From positions 1-53,911 of the forward strand of contig CALDSI010000020.1 in assembly GCA_937911395.1 (NCBI GenBank): 53,911 nucleotides of DNA, read 5' to 3'. The DNA comes from an uncultured Labrenzia sp. Its GTDB lineage: Bacteria > Pseudomonadota > Alphaproteobacteria > Rhizobiales > Stappiaceae. Position numbers and translations under genes: made by a program. Numbering within the stretch: the first letter of the stretch is position 1; every line of letters begins with the position of its first letter. The notes beneath the pieces are model-generated. The model did not search any database, was not told the DNA's origin, and was given only the letters and a program-made list of their open reading frames with translations. Shown piece after piece: positions 19,241-28,887 of the stretch.

Positions 19241-19256
19241 GCAAGGGCGGTGCCAA
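19241..19256 (-). promoter_or_regulatory. sigma54 (-24/-12) promoter
   Basis: Minus strand TTGGCAC-CGCCC-TTGC is the canonical TGGCAC-N5-TTGC, positioned to start transcription just 5' of the riboswitch. Confidence 0.8.
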
Positions 19257-19334
19257 GTACGGAAAAATTGAAGATATATAAACAAAAACAGCACATTAGG
19301 CGGATTGCAGGTCGCATCGCCTCAATGAATTAAA

Positions 19335-19368
19335 TGCTAAAATCATATGCACGGTTAAAAATCAGGCA
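19335..19368. promoter_or_regulatory. Putative NtrC-type enhancer site(s)
   Basis: TGCTAAAATCATATGCA (TGC-N11-GCA, 19335-19351) plus an adjacent weaker site, about 80-110 bp upstream of the sigma54 promoter. Confidence 0.45.
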
Positions 19369-19412
19369 CACCTGAGCGAGAAACAGGCAGAAGAGAAAGA
19401 GACGAAAACGCG

Positions 19413-20006
19413 TCACTTCAGAAAAGCGGCAACCTTTTCTTTGACCGTCTCAATATACTTTTTGCGGCTTTCCAGTGTAGAGCTGTCCATCTTGTAGTGC
19501 GCCAAGTACCTGGTCTTGCATCCCGGCTTGGCAAGCAACTTGATGCCGCGCATGATCGTCTTGCGCCCGGGCTCGCCCACCAGCTTAGACACCCACCAAC
19601 TGGCCCCACAGGTCGTTACGATCGCGATATGGGAAATGTTCTGCATGTTGGGCTGCAGGCCTTTTGTGTCTGTTGGCATGATGAAGGTTTCATGCGGCAC
19701 CCAGACTCGCTCCAGCCACCCTTTTAACATGGCAGGCAAACCGAACCACCATGTCGGATAGACAAAGACAATTGCTTCACACCACTTGATGTCAGCTAAA
19801 TCTTCGGCGACCGGGATCGTGTTGGCCTGAGGCGAATGATAGCCGCGCCGCTCCTGCGCGCTCATTACAGGGTCAAAGCCTTTGGAATAAAGATCCGTCA
19901 ACCGGATGTCATGACCGCCCGCCTCGAGCGTCTCGACAACAGCTTTACAAAGCGCCGCATTGAAACTTTCTTCGCAAGGGTGACAGAAAACCACGAGAAC
20001 GCGCAT
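19413..20006 (-). CDS. NAD(P)H:quinone oxidoreductase, flavodoxin-like fold (Flavodoxin_2)
   Basis: HPCEESFNAAL, DLYSKGFDPVM, YPTWWFGLPAMLKGWLERV, TTCGA. Confidence 0.88.
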   Translation of the reverse strand: MRVLVVFCHPCEESFNAALCKAVVETLEAGGHDIRLTDLYSKGFDPVMSAQERRGYHSPQANTIPVAEDLADIKWCEAIVFVYPTWWFGLPAMLKGWLERVWVPHETFIMPTDTKGLQPNMQNISHIAIVTTCGASWWVSKLVGEPGRKTIMRGIKLLAKPGCKTRYLAHYKMDSSTLESRKKYIETVKEKVAAFLK

Positions 20007-20069
20007 GCGTTTGGCCTTTTACATCGTTTTTCGCCGGAGCACGGCCGGTATTTGAACTGAAACTTGGTA

Positions 20070-21476
20070 TCAGGCCCGCTGCAGACCCGGAAACAGGAAC
20101 ACCTGACCGCTTTCGAAATCATAATCCGGATTTTCCCAGGCAATCATCTTGCCCGGATTGAGCAGCCCCTTCGGATCGGCCTGCTTTTTGAAAGCGAGCT
20201 GGACTGCATCAGTCTGCTTCATTCCCCCCTCCTCAAGCGTGTACCGATGTGGATTGAAGATCGGACAACCATTTTCTTCGTGAAGGCGGATGATTTCTTC
20301 GAGCCGGGCCTCGTTGGAATAGCGGACAATCGGCAGGCCGAAGCATGTGACATTGCCATCAAACCGCACGTATTCGAGATGGCCCGGAACCTCATCTCCA
20401 AACCTCTCATGCATCTTGCCAACCAGCTCGACCTGATTGGGAAATGGATAAAGAACCTGGAGATAGGTGATTGAGGGATCCACCCTGAGCCCCCGCAAGG
20501 TCGTGTGGTTCCACGAAAGCTCGTAAGCAGGCGGGAGGCGTTTCAGATCTTCCTCGGACCCTTTGTCTGACCGATATAGCACCTCCCCCTTGGACTGCCG
20601 CTCCATGAACGCATCGAATGCAGCCATCGCGAAAGGGGCGACCATCAAGACAGCAACGGACTGGTCCTTGCGGATGAATTTCTGGTGCCGGAGGAAATAG
20701 TCATGGGGAACTGGTGCTGCGATCGGCGCAATGTTCTTCGTCAGCAAACCATCCAGATTGGCCAGTTCATCTGAAAACCGCACCGCATCCATAAAGTCGT
20801 CAAACCCGACCAAAACATCCACCCAGTCGTAACTGGCGGTCAAAGGCATCTCGACTTCGGTGATAATGCCGTTCGTGCCATATGCGTGCATCACTTTCTG
20901 CAGTTCATCGCCCGTCATTTCAAGAACCTGCGGCTCAGCCTCCATCGTGACCACGCGCAAACGAATGACGTTTCCGAGATCCCTCAAGCCACCCCAGTTG
21001 ATCGATCCAACGCCGCCGGACCCGCCCGCGATAAACCCACCGATCGTCGCGGTCCGGTAGGTTGATGGATGCATCCGCAATTCCTGGCCGGTCTTGGCTC
21101 GAGTGACCGCATCAATATCCGCTATTATGGCACCAGCCTCGGCAACGACAGATCCGGTGCGCACTTCCTTTACCGCGGTCATTTCCACAAGGTTGAGAAC
21201 GACCCCACCCGACAACGGCATTGCTTGACCATAGTTTCCAGTCCCAGCACCGCGTGTCGTAACAGGCACATCAGCCGCAAAACACGCCTTGAGGATCCGG
21301 ATAACCTCATCCTCGGATTTCGGAGTCACGATCAGGTCGCCCGTCACGTTTTCAAGCTGAGCTTTTAGCACCGGCGAATACCAGAAGAAGTCCCGGCTCT
21401 TCTGCTTTACGATTTGCGGGTTGTCCTCGATCTTGATCCCATCGAGATCGGCTATCAAAGCGGCAATGGCGCTCAT
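20070..21476 (-). CDS. FAD-binding oxidoreductase (VAO/GlcD superfamily)
   Basis: RGAGTGNYGQ, HPST, ATIGGFIAGGSGG, HAYGTNGII, DPKGLLNPGK. Confidence 0.88.
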   Translation of the reverse strand: MSAIAALIADLDGIKIEDNPQIVKQKSRDFFWYSPVLKAQLENVTGDLIVTPKSEDEVIRILKACFAADVPVTTRGAGTGNYGQAMPLSGGVVLNLVEMTAVKEVRTGSVVAEAGAIIADIDAVTRAKTGQELRMHPSTYRTATIGGFIAGGSGGVGSINWGGLRDLGNVIRLRVVTMEAEPQVLEMTGDELQKVMHAYGTNGIITEVEMPLTASYDWVDVLVGFDDFMDAVRFSDELANLDGLLTKNIAPIAAPVPHDYFLRHQKFIRKDQSVAVLMVAPFAMAAFDAFMERQSKGEVLYRSDKGSEEDLKRLPPAYELSWNHTTLRGLRVDPSITYLQVLYPFPNQVELVGKMHERFGDEVPGHLEYVRFDGNVTCFGLPIVRYSNEARLEEIIRLHEENGCPIFNPHRYTLEEGGMKQTDAVQLAFKKQADPKGLLNPGKMIAWENPDYDFESGQVFLFPGLQRA

Positions 21477-21478
21477 GG

Positions 21479-22798
21479 TCAGGAGGTCCCTTTCTGGAGA
21501 AGTCGATCGAGTTCACGATAGTCGGGCAAGGTCTGATCAATGCTGCACCCTGCTCTCAGCACGCGGCGCGGGCCGGCTGGGCGGGACAGAAGCTCATTCC
21601 AGTTCCGCGCATTAAACAACAGAAGGTCGGCAGGTTCACCGACCGTAATCTGGCCGATGGGCGATCCCATAATATGCGCTGGCGTTGTCGTAACCGCACG
21701 GATCCAATCGCCAACCGGATGATCAAGATGCAGGATCCGGGTTGCCTGGGTGTACACCTCGACAAGATCCATATCGCCATACGCATAAAAGGGATCGCGC
21801 GTATTGTCCGAGGCGACACACACTTGAATGCCGCGTGCGCGCATTTCATGCAGAAGTGTGACTCCGCGCTTGCGTGGTGTCCGTCCTTGCCGGCGATCCT
21901 GTAAATACATGTTGCACATCGGCAGTGAAACGACAGAAACCCCAGCTTCTGCAACCTTGTCCAGCGTCCGGGACACGTCGTCATCGGTGTGAACCGACAA
22001 GGAGCAGCAGTGACCGCAAAGGATCTTGCCATCAAACCCCAACCGCAGAGCGACTTCCGCAATCCGTTGTAAAGTGTCGGCCGCCGGATCAAGCGTTTCA
22101 TCGACATGAAAATCAAGATCCAGCCCACGGTCCATTGCCGCTTTAAAGACAGCTTCAAGATGCTGATCCACGTCCGGCACCATATATGTAACCGCCCCCA
22201 AGACCCCGCCGGCAGCTGAAACACGATCGGCGATGTTTTGAAGGTACCCATTGTCCTCGGCCAGCCGGTCAATACCGAACAGGCACTCACCTTGAAGTTC
22301 AATGCGTCCGGCCCTCTGAGTGCGCAGTTCCGCAATGTTCGGCCTCGTGATGCCATCTTGAGGAGGAAGACTGTCTAGGTGGGTGCGGATCGCCCCCGTC
22401 CCATGGGCATAGGCACACTTTAGTGAGAAATCCATCCGGGCCCTGACATCCTCGGCGCACCAATACGCGGTCCGGTCTCTTCCAACCGCTTGAAGTGCAC
22501 CTTGAAAGGTTCCGTCCGGATTGGGCTCGCGCGGCCAGATATGCCCCTTGTCCAAATGTGTGTGAACATCCACCAGTGTCGGCAGGATAAGCCCACCATC
22601 GAGATCAAGGCCGCCTGCGCCTTCCGGCAGCGTCCCAGCTGGAGCAATCTGTGTAAGTTTTCCATTCTCGAACACGATGTCACGAGCCGTCAGCTCCGAG
22701 ACCGGGGTTTGCTGCACACCCTCCAGAAGACATACGGGCACAGTCGCATTTCTGATGATGCCGGTCCCTTTAAACCCGGCGGCCCACCCCGGCTTCAT
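21479..22798 (-). CDS. Cytosine-deaminase-like amidohydrolase (possible pterin deaminase)
   Basis: DVHTHLDK, DFHVDE, GHCCSL, SDNTRDPFYAYG motifs. Confidence 0.85.
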   Translation of the reverse strand: MKPGWAAGFKGTGIIRNATVPVCLLEGVQQTPVSELTARDIVFENGKLTQIAPAGTLPEGAGGLDLDGGLILPTLVDVHTHLDKGHIWPREPNPDGTFQGALQAVGRDRTAYWCAEDVRARMDFSLKCAYAHGTGAIRTHLDSLPPQDGITRPNIAELRTQRAGRIELQGECLFGIDRLAEDNGYLQNIADRVSAAGGVLGAVTYMVPDVDQHLEAVFKAAMDRGLDLDFHVDETLDPAADTLQRIAEVALRLGFDGKILCGHCCSLSVHTDDDVSRTLDKVAEAGVSVVSLPMCNMYLQDRRQGRTPRKRGVTLLHEMRARGIQVCVASDNTRDPFYAYGDMDLVEVYTQATRILHLDHPVGDWIRAVTTTPAHIMGSPIGQITVGEPADLLLFNARNWNELLSRPAGPRRVLRAGCSIDQTLPDYRELDRLLQKGTS

Positions 22799-23677
22799 CT
22801 ACATCTCCCGCTTCAACGCGCTTTCGTGCCACTTGCGCAGAAGCAGATGCGAAAGAAGGTTCATGGAAAGGAATATCAATATACCGGTCACGGAAATCAG
22901 GATCAGCGCAGCAAACATGCGCGGCATGTTGAGACGATAGCTCGCCTCAAGGATTTGGTTGGCAAGACCAGACCCGGACCCCGCTGACCCGGCGACAAAT
23001 TCTGCGACAATGGCTCCGATCAAGGACAAGCCACCTGCAATCTTCAAACCGCCCAAAAAGTACGGCATGGATGCAGGCAGTCTCAAGAAGCGGAGTGTTT
23101 GCCACCGGCTCGCGCCGTAAAGGCGGAACAGGTTTTGAAGATTATGATCGGCTGAATTCAAACCCAACGTCGTGTTGGAAAGAATTGGAAAAAACGCAAC
23201 AATCCACGCGCAGATCAAAAGCCCCGCGGTAATTGAATCCACGTAGATGAGGATCAAAGGCGCGATCGCGATGATCGGGGTAACTTGCAAGATGACAGCG
23301 AACGGAAAAAACGAAATCTCAATCCACTTGGACTGAGTGAAGAGGACTGCCAAACCCAGCCCACCGAGCGTGGCGATCAAAAGCGCACCGAACGTGATCT
23401 TGAGCGTGTTGATCAAAGCAATGCTCAAGATGCCCCAATCAGCGAGAAGCGTTTCAAAAACAAGCCCCGGGCGCGGCAGGATATAGTGGGGTATCTCATT
23501 CCAGACACACAGCCTGTCCCAAAAATAAACCGACAAAACGAGGATAACGATCGGCAGGACCCAACGTCCAACAGCCTCCCGCCGCGCCGCGCGCGCCCGT
23601 TTGAGCTCCTCCGCATCAAGCGGAACAGACTGCGGGGCAGGTGGAATGGCGTGCTTGTCGGCGATCTCGAGTGTCAT
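22799..23677 (-). CDS. ABC transporter permease (TauC/SsuC-like)
   Basis: ILQVTPIIAIAP, FFPILSNT, LYGASRWQ, GAIVAEF. Confidence 0.92.
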   Translation of the reverse strand: MTLEIADKHAIPPAPQSVPLDAEELKRARAARREAVGRWVLPIVILVLSVYFWDRLCVWNEIPHYILPRPGLVFETLLADWGILSIALINTLKITFGALLIATLGGLGLAVLFTQSKWIEISFFPFAVILQVTPIIAIAPLILIYVDSITAGLLICAWIVAFFPILSNTTLGLNSADHNLQNLFRLYGASRWQTLRFLRLPASMPYFLGGLKIAGGLSLIGAIVAEFVAGSAGSGSGLANQILEASYRLNMPRMFAALILISVTGILIFLSMNLLSHLLLRKWHESALKREM

Positions 23678-23720
23678 GATCTGCTACCGCCTTTGTTGAG
23701 TATGTATTGGGACAGACACG

Positions 23721-24566
23721 TCAAAGATGGTCTCCCACAATCATTGCTTTGTGCAGCGCGTCAGACACGTCCCGGCAAAAGCCTGCATAAACGGAAGACG
23801 TACGGAAGGACTCGTCCCTTGGGTAAGGTGCGTCGATTGCCATGTCGTTGACCACACGGCCGGGCCGCGCCGCCATCACCACGATCCGGTTGGACAGATA
23901 GACGGACTCAAATACCGAATGTGTAACGAAGATGACGGTCCATCCAAAGGTTTCCCAAAGGCGCAAAAGATCGTTGTTCAGTTTGAAACGTGTGATCTCG
24001 TCGAGCGCAGCAAAGGGCTCATCCATCAAGAGCAACTTGGGCTTCGTGACCAGCGCACGGGCGATGGAGACCCGCATTTTCATGCCGCCAGACAGCTCGC
24101 GCGGGTAGCTGTCGGCGAATTGCTCCAGCCCAACACCCTGCAAGACTTCCATAACCCGATCATGCGCCGCTTTTTTGGAAACTCCCTTCAAGCGGAGCGG
24201 CAGCCAGACATTGCCGAAAACCGTAGCCCACGGCATCAACGTCGGCTCCTGGAACACGAAACTCAGTTCATGTTCCTTTTGCTTGCTTTCTTCGAGCGGC
24301 CATTCGACCCGGCCCGTTGTTGGACTGGTCAGGCTGGTGATGATCCGCAAGGCCGTCGACTTTCCGCATCCGGAGGGCCCGAGCAGCGAAACGAATTCCC
24401 CTTGGCGTATGTCGAGCGACATGTTGTTGAGCGCGACCGTTCCGTTGGAGAAGGTTTTTGAAATGCCCTTCAACGAAACGATCGGCGAACTCGAAACGAT
24501 ATCTGATTGCATGTTTGTTTTTACCATGGCCGTCATTGCATCAATCTCCGGCCATGGTTGCAACAT
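23721..24566 (-). CDS. ABC transporter ATP-binding protein (start uncertain, 24512-24566)
   Basis: GPSGCGKST, LSGGMKMR, LLMDEPF, VTHS. Confidence 0.92.
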   Translation of the reverse strand: MLQPWPEIDAMTAMVKTNMQSDIVSSSPIVSLKGISKTFSNGTVALNNMSLDIRQGEFVSLLGPSGCGKSTALRIITSLTSPTTGRVEWPLEESKQKEHELSFVFQEPTLMPWATVFGNVWLPLRLKGVSKKAAHDRVMEVLQGVGLEQFADSYPRELSGGMKMRVSIARALVTKPKLLLMDEPFAALDEITRFKLNNDLLRLWETFGWTVIFVTHSVFESVYLSNRIVVMAARPGRVVNDMAIDAPYPRDESFRTSSVYAGFCRDVSDALHKAMIVGDHL

Positions 24567-24593
24567 TCCTATGAAACACGAAACAGGTCCGCC

Positions 24594-25604
24594 TCAGTTT
24601 CCAGCAAGTTCTTTCTTGAGGTCCACTCCGACCCCTTGGTTGACGAACTGAAGCGTGTACGACTTGGTGTAATCGACATCTCCATTCACCACACCGGCAG
24701 CGACCATCTTCTCAAAGAAGGATTTGTTGCGCTCGTCGGTCATCGCACCAATCCCCATCGTGAGCGCATCCCCGCTGTCCACGATGCCGTAAGACTTAAG
24801 TTTGTCGATCGAGAACGCCAGCTGGCCGTCGGTCATGCCCGGATTGTCTTTTTTGATCAGCTCCAGGGCTTTGGAGTTATCTCCGTAAAGGAAATTGACC
24901 CAACCGATGGCAGACCCATCGACGAAACACTTCACAACCTCTGGCTTGGTTTCGATGAGGTCGAGCCGGGTCTCAACGGTGGTGGAATAGGTGTCGTACC
25001 CATAGTCCGCGATCAGGAAAATGTTTGGCTCGAACCCGCCCTCGGTCTCGATCGCATAGGGCTCAGAGGTGATGTAGCCCTGCTGGCCGAGCTTCTTGTC
25101 TGCAAGGAACGGCGCAGAGTTATAGGTATAGGGCCGAACCTGCTCATCCTTGAAGCCGAACTCAGCTTTCATCCATTGAAAATAGGAATTGAGGCCGCCC
25201 TTACCGATGAGGAGGTTGATATCCTTCAGGCTTTCCCAGGTGTCGAGGCCCTGATCCGGGTGGGTCATCAAAATCTGCGGCTCTTTCTGGAAGTGCGCGG
25301 CCACCACAGTCGTCGGAATGCCCTGCTCAACGGCTGAGAACGCTTGCAGCATATTGCCGCCCATCAGGAAATCGATTTTGCCGACAGGCAACAAAATCCG
25401 ATTGTTCGCCTGAGGTCCGCCGGGCTTGATTTCCACTTCGATCCCGCAGGCTTCGTAAGTGCCATCGGCAACAGCCTGATAATATCCGCCGTGCTCGGCC
25501 TGAGCGACCCAGTTGGTACCGAAGGTCACCTTCTCAAGCGCATGCGCACTTGTCGACGCCATGACAGCGAGCGTTGCAAGTCCAATTTTCCGAGACAAAT
25601 CCAT
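24594..25604 (-). CDS. ABC substrate-binding protein, NMT1/THI5-like
   Basis: Signal peptide ending SAHA. TNWVAQAEHGGYYQA, GGPQ, QQGYITSEP. ATG at 25604. Confidence 0.88.
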   Translation of the reverse strand: MDLSRKIGLATLAVMASTSAHALEKVTFGTNWVAQAEHGGYYQAVADGTYEACGIEVEIKPGGPQANNRILLPVGKIDFLMGGNMLQAFSAVEQGIPTTVVAAHFQKEPQILMTHPDQGLDTWESLKDINLLIGKGGLNSYFQWMKAEFGFKDEQVRPYTYNSAPFLADKKLGQQGYITSEPYAIETEGGFEPNIFLIADYGYDTYSTTVETRLDLIETKPEVVKCFVDGSAIGWVNFLYGDNSKALELIKKDNPGMTDGQLAFSIDKLKSYGIVDSGDALTMGIGAMTDERNKSFFEKMVAAGVVNGDVDYTKSYTLQFVNQGVGVDLKKELAGN

Positions 25605-25825
25605 TTCCGCGTTCCCCGTTTTCATCACACACCACGCAGGTCAATCCGCCCACCACAGGCCGAATGCTCTGCCGCTGTGCTCGAAAGCCCTGGGAGCGGA
25701 ACAGGCAAGAAGTGAGCCTTTATATTAAGATCATGGCCCGCTTAAATTGCTACCAGGAAGTTTGCTCCCGGCGGCAAAAATAGACTTGCATATATCCTAC
25801 AGCCTGTCAGCTCAAAAAATAGACA

Positions 25826-25842
25826 TGCTTTCAATTTATGCA
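25826..25842. promoter_or_regulatory. Putative NtrC-type site in divergent intergenic region
   Basis: TGCTTTCAATTTATGCA (TGC-N11-GCA). A direct repeat AAAAATAGAC[T/A]TGC occurs twice nearby. Confidence 0.35.
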
Positions 25843-25928
25843 GAAGCTTGCAAATTACGCAGAGCGGGAAATTGCCTCTACCCTGGCCGCGGGATAGGCT
25901 CCGGCGCAATTCTTCAAGGAGCATTATA

Positions 25929-26315
25929 TTGAAAAAGACACACACACCGCCGGACATTCGGCCGCCGTTTGCACGCTACAGCCATGCGGTGGAAGTGCCA
26001 CCTGGGCAACGCCTTCTGTTTGCCTCTGGCCAACTCGGCATTGATGCCGAGGATCAAATACCGAGCGGCGTTGAGGGTCAGACAGCGCTCTGTTTTGAAA
26101 ACATTCGGGCAATTCTGGCATCAGCAGGCATGACCTTGGCGGATATTGTGCGGATCAATGCCTATGTAACCGGCCGGGAACAATTGCCAGGCTACATGAA
26201 AACCAGAGATCAATTCATCACTGACCCGCCACCAGCTTCCACGCTCATGATTGTGTCCGGATTTGCACGCGAAGAGTTCATGGTTGAGATTGAAGTCGTT
26301 GCCGCTGCCGACTAG
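25929..26315 (+). CDS. RidA/YjgF/UK114 family protein
   Basis: YSHAV, SGQLG, Q..LCFENI, PPPASTL, VEIEVVA. TTG at 25929 after AAGGAG. Confidence 0.9.
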   Translation: MKKTHTPPDIRPPFARYSHAVEVPPGQRLLFASGQLGIDAEDQIPSGVEGQTALCFENIRAILASAGMTLADIVRINAYVTGREQLPGYMKTRDQFITDPPPASTLMIVSGFAREEFMVEIEVVAAAD

Positions 26316-26353
26316 GCATAGATTGAAAACACAAGTTATTGGGAAGACGACTA

Positions 26354-27145
26354 ATGCTGCCGAAACCCTATTGGCAAGATATGACGACAACGGATTTCGA
26401 TCGTCCTGGTGTCAAGGATTGGATCGCCGTTCTGCCAGTTGCAGCGATCGAGCAGCATGGGCCTCATCTCCCGGTTTATACCGACACCGCGATTGCAGAA
26501 GGGCAAATCAGGCGAGTCATTGAATTGCTTCCAAATGACATTCCAGCCAGTTTCTTGCCGGTTCAAGCGGTCGGCAAATCCAATGAACACATTTCGTCCG
26601 CCGGAACACTGACAATGACCTGGGAAACGGCCTTGCAGGCGTGGCTTGAGCTCGGCGACAGCATCCTCAGAGCCGGCGTGCGCAAGGTCGTTGTGATCAA
26701 CTCCCACGGCGGCAACGTGCCCCTGATTGGCATTCTAACGCGGGAATTGCGTGTCCGGCACAATATGCTGGCCGTCGGAACAGCCTGGGCAGCTTTTGGT
26801 CAACCCGAGGGTGTGTTTTCAGATCACGAACTGACCTTCGGCATCCATGGCGGAGACGTCGAGACCTCGATCATGCTGCACCTCCGGCCGGACCTCGTAA
26901 ACATGGACAAGGCTCAGAACTTTAGGTCTGCACAAGAGGACTTTGCCGCCAAGTTCATGCACCTTCGGGCGCACGGCCCTCATGCCTTTGGCTGGAAGGC
27001 TCAGGATCTCAATCCGGCTGGAACGGTGGGGGACGCCTCAATCGCGACCGCAGAAAAGGGCAAAGCCTCGCTGGATCACGCTGCAAGCGGGTTTGTTGAA
27101 CTGTTGCAGGACGTGCATGCCTTTGACTTGGCGCATTTTGATTAA
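26354..27145 (+). CDS. Creatininase/formamide-hydrolase family protein
   Basis: LPVAAIEQHGPHLP..TD, SNEH, NSHGGN, HGGDVETS, ATAEKG. Confidence 0.9.
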   Translation: MLPKPYWQDMTTTDFDRPGVKDWIAVLPVAAIEQHGPHLPVYTDTAIAEGQIRRVIELLPNDIPASFLPVQAVGKSNEHISSAGTLTMTWETALQAWLELGDSILRAGVRKVVVINSHGGNVPLIGILTRELRVRHNMLAVGTAWAAFGQPEGVFSDHELTFGIHGGDVETSIMLHLRPDLVNMDKAQNFRSAQEDFAAKFMHLRAHGPHAFGWKAQDLNPAGTVGDASIATAEKGKASLDHAASGFVELLQDVHAFDLAHFD

Positions 27146-27163
27146 GGTCTGACTTTAAACATC

Positions 27164-27763
27164 TCAGCTACACAGTTTGCCGATTGCCAGATGCAGCTTC
27201 TGGTGATCCCGCTTTGCAGGGTTCCGCTCTTCAAAGAACACCCGCATCCCGACACCTTCAATTAGATCCAAGACAAACTCAGCTGCGCTACGATCCGAAA
27301 GATCACTCTCAGCCCTCTCGCTGTTCCTCAGCTGGCCGATCAGGCCCTCCAAACCTGCCAGAAGCTTCTCACGGTTTTCCATGAAACCGGCCGTTATTTC
27401 CGGCTGCCGGATGGCTTCTGCTAGAATTTCAAGCGTCAATGCAGCATGGCTTGGGGCGCTGCAGGTCTTTAAGTATGCTTTCAGGAATTGATCGAGCGCC
27501 TTGTGCGGATCCTTGCCGTATTTTTCAAACATTGATCCAAAGGCATCGATTTGCGCCGCTTCTAGCCTCGCAATTTCAGCAATGATTTCAGTCTTTCCGG
27601 GGAAGTGATTATAGATATTTCCTAGGGAAACCCCCGCGCTGCGCGCGATGTCCCGAATGCTGGTTTGGTGAAATCCTTTCGCAATAAAACACGCAGCTGC
27701 GACCTCCACGATGTGTTTCCGCCGCGCATTTGTCGTCTCTTCCCGGGTCGGTTTTTCACTCAT
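27164..27763 (-). CDS. TetR/AcrR family regulator
   Basis: KGFHQTSIRDIARSAGVSLGNIYNHFPGK helix-turn-helix. ATG at 27763. Confidence 0.92.
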   Translation of the reverse strand: MSEKPTREETTNARRKHIVEVAAACFIAKGFHQTSIRDIARSAGVSLGNIYNHFPGKTEIIAEIARLEAAQIDAFGSMFEKYGKDPHKALDQFLKAYLKTCSAPSHAALTLEILAEAIRQPEITAGFMENREKLLAGLEGLIGQLRNSERAESDLSDRSAAEFVLDLIEGVGMRVFFEERNPAKRDHQKLHLAIGKLCS

Positions 27764-27814
27764 TCCTGTATCGGCTCCATTGCATTTTTTCAAAATCCGA
27801 TTATGTAATTCAAC

Positions 27815-27830
27815 GAACGAACGTTCACTC
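27815..27830. promoter_or_regulatory. Probable TetR operator
   Basis: Imperfect palindrome GAACGAACGTTCACTC between the divergent tetR and the efflux operon. Confidence 0.55.
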
Positions 27831-27909
27831 GATTTTCAATCCGAAACAGACTTGTTTGTTAGCGACTTCTCAAATCTGAATCGAGCACCTTTAGGGAAAT
27901 GACCGTAAA

Positions 27910-28770
27910 ATGCGGATGGCGATTGATCTAGCTTATATCTTCCAGATGTTCAGGGCGAAAATCGCAATCACCTGGACAATTGTTTTTGCTGAAAACTGCC
28001 TGATCGCACTGATCCCGTTGTTGATCGGTCTTTCGATTGACGGCTTGCTTGCAGGCCGGGTTTCCGAACTCGGCTGGATGATGGCCATACTATGCGGTCT
28101 TTGTTTTATCGCTGTTGGACGCCGGATTTACGACACGCGTGCCTACGGCACGATCAGGCTGCATCTCGGAGATGAACTCCATAGACGCTGTTCCTCACTT
28201 CAAGTGTCGAGGCGAAATGCACGTATCGACATGTCCAGGGAGCTTGTCGATTTTTTGGAGCACGAAGCCCCTCAACTGATTGCCGCACTTGTGCAACTTG
28301 GCGTGAGCCTGACCATCCTGTCCTACTTCGATATGTCGCTCGGTCTCTCATCGCTGTTGGTGCTGACCGGGATGCTTCTGGTTTACGCCTGTTTTCACAA
28401 GCGGTTTTACAACGTCAACCGTAAGCTCAACGAGCAGCGCGAACAGCAAGTAGACGTCCTCACACAGGGGAAAAGACTGGGCATCTTCCGCCACCTGCGC
28501 GCTCTGCGCCGGCATGAAGTCGCAATTTCGGATACCGAGGCTGTTGTTTATGGCGGCATTTTCCTGCTTCAGGTCGGCTTCATCGTTTTCAATCTCTACC
28601 AGGCAGCAGGACTGGCCGGCATCACCGCAGGACGCATCTTTTCAATTGCAAGCTACTCTTGGGAATTTGTGGAAGCGGCCCTCACTCTTCCAATCGCTCT
28701 GCAAAGCTGGTCCCGATTGAGCGAAATCACGCGCAGGATCAACTCAGACGGAGACCTTTCCCTTGGCTGA
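27910..28770 (+). CDS. Stand-alone ABC-exporter-type six-TM membrane domain (ABC_membrane_3-like), no NBD
   Basis: PLLIGLSIDGLL, RRIYDTRAYGTI, SRELVDFLE, LNEQREQQV. About six TM segments. No Walker motifs. Confidence 0.7.
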   Translation: MRMAIDLAYIFQMFRAKIAITWTIVFAENCLIALIPLLIGLSIDGLLAGRVSELGWMMAILCGLCFIAVGRRIYDTRAYGTIRLHLGDELHRRCSSLQVSRRNARIDMSRELVDFLEHEAPQLIAALVQLGVSLTILSYFDMSLGLSSLLVLTGMLLVYACFHKRFYNVNRKLNEQREQQVDVLTQGKRLGIFRHLRALRRHEVAISDTEAVVYGGIFLLQVGFIVFNLYQAAGLAGITAGRIFSIASYSWEFVEAALTLPIALQSWSRLSEITRRINSDGDLSLG

Positions 28771-28887
28771 GTTCCCGGTTCAATCCCAACCAGGCATCAG
28801 CACCTGCAAAGAGGCCAGGCTTTGCCAAGCCATCAAAACACTTACCCAACCGGTCAGGAATTCTGCGTCAAAAAAGGCCGGAAAATC

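Noticed and set aside
25734-25750. TGGC...TTGC as a second sigma54 promoter
   Set aside because: GG-to-GC spacing is 12 rather than the required 10.
25605-25928. TPP riboswitch expected upstream of a THI5-like SBP
   Set aside because: No CTGAGA or ACCTGAT core found on the coding strand, so a thiamine-precursor assignment is unsupported.
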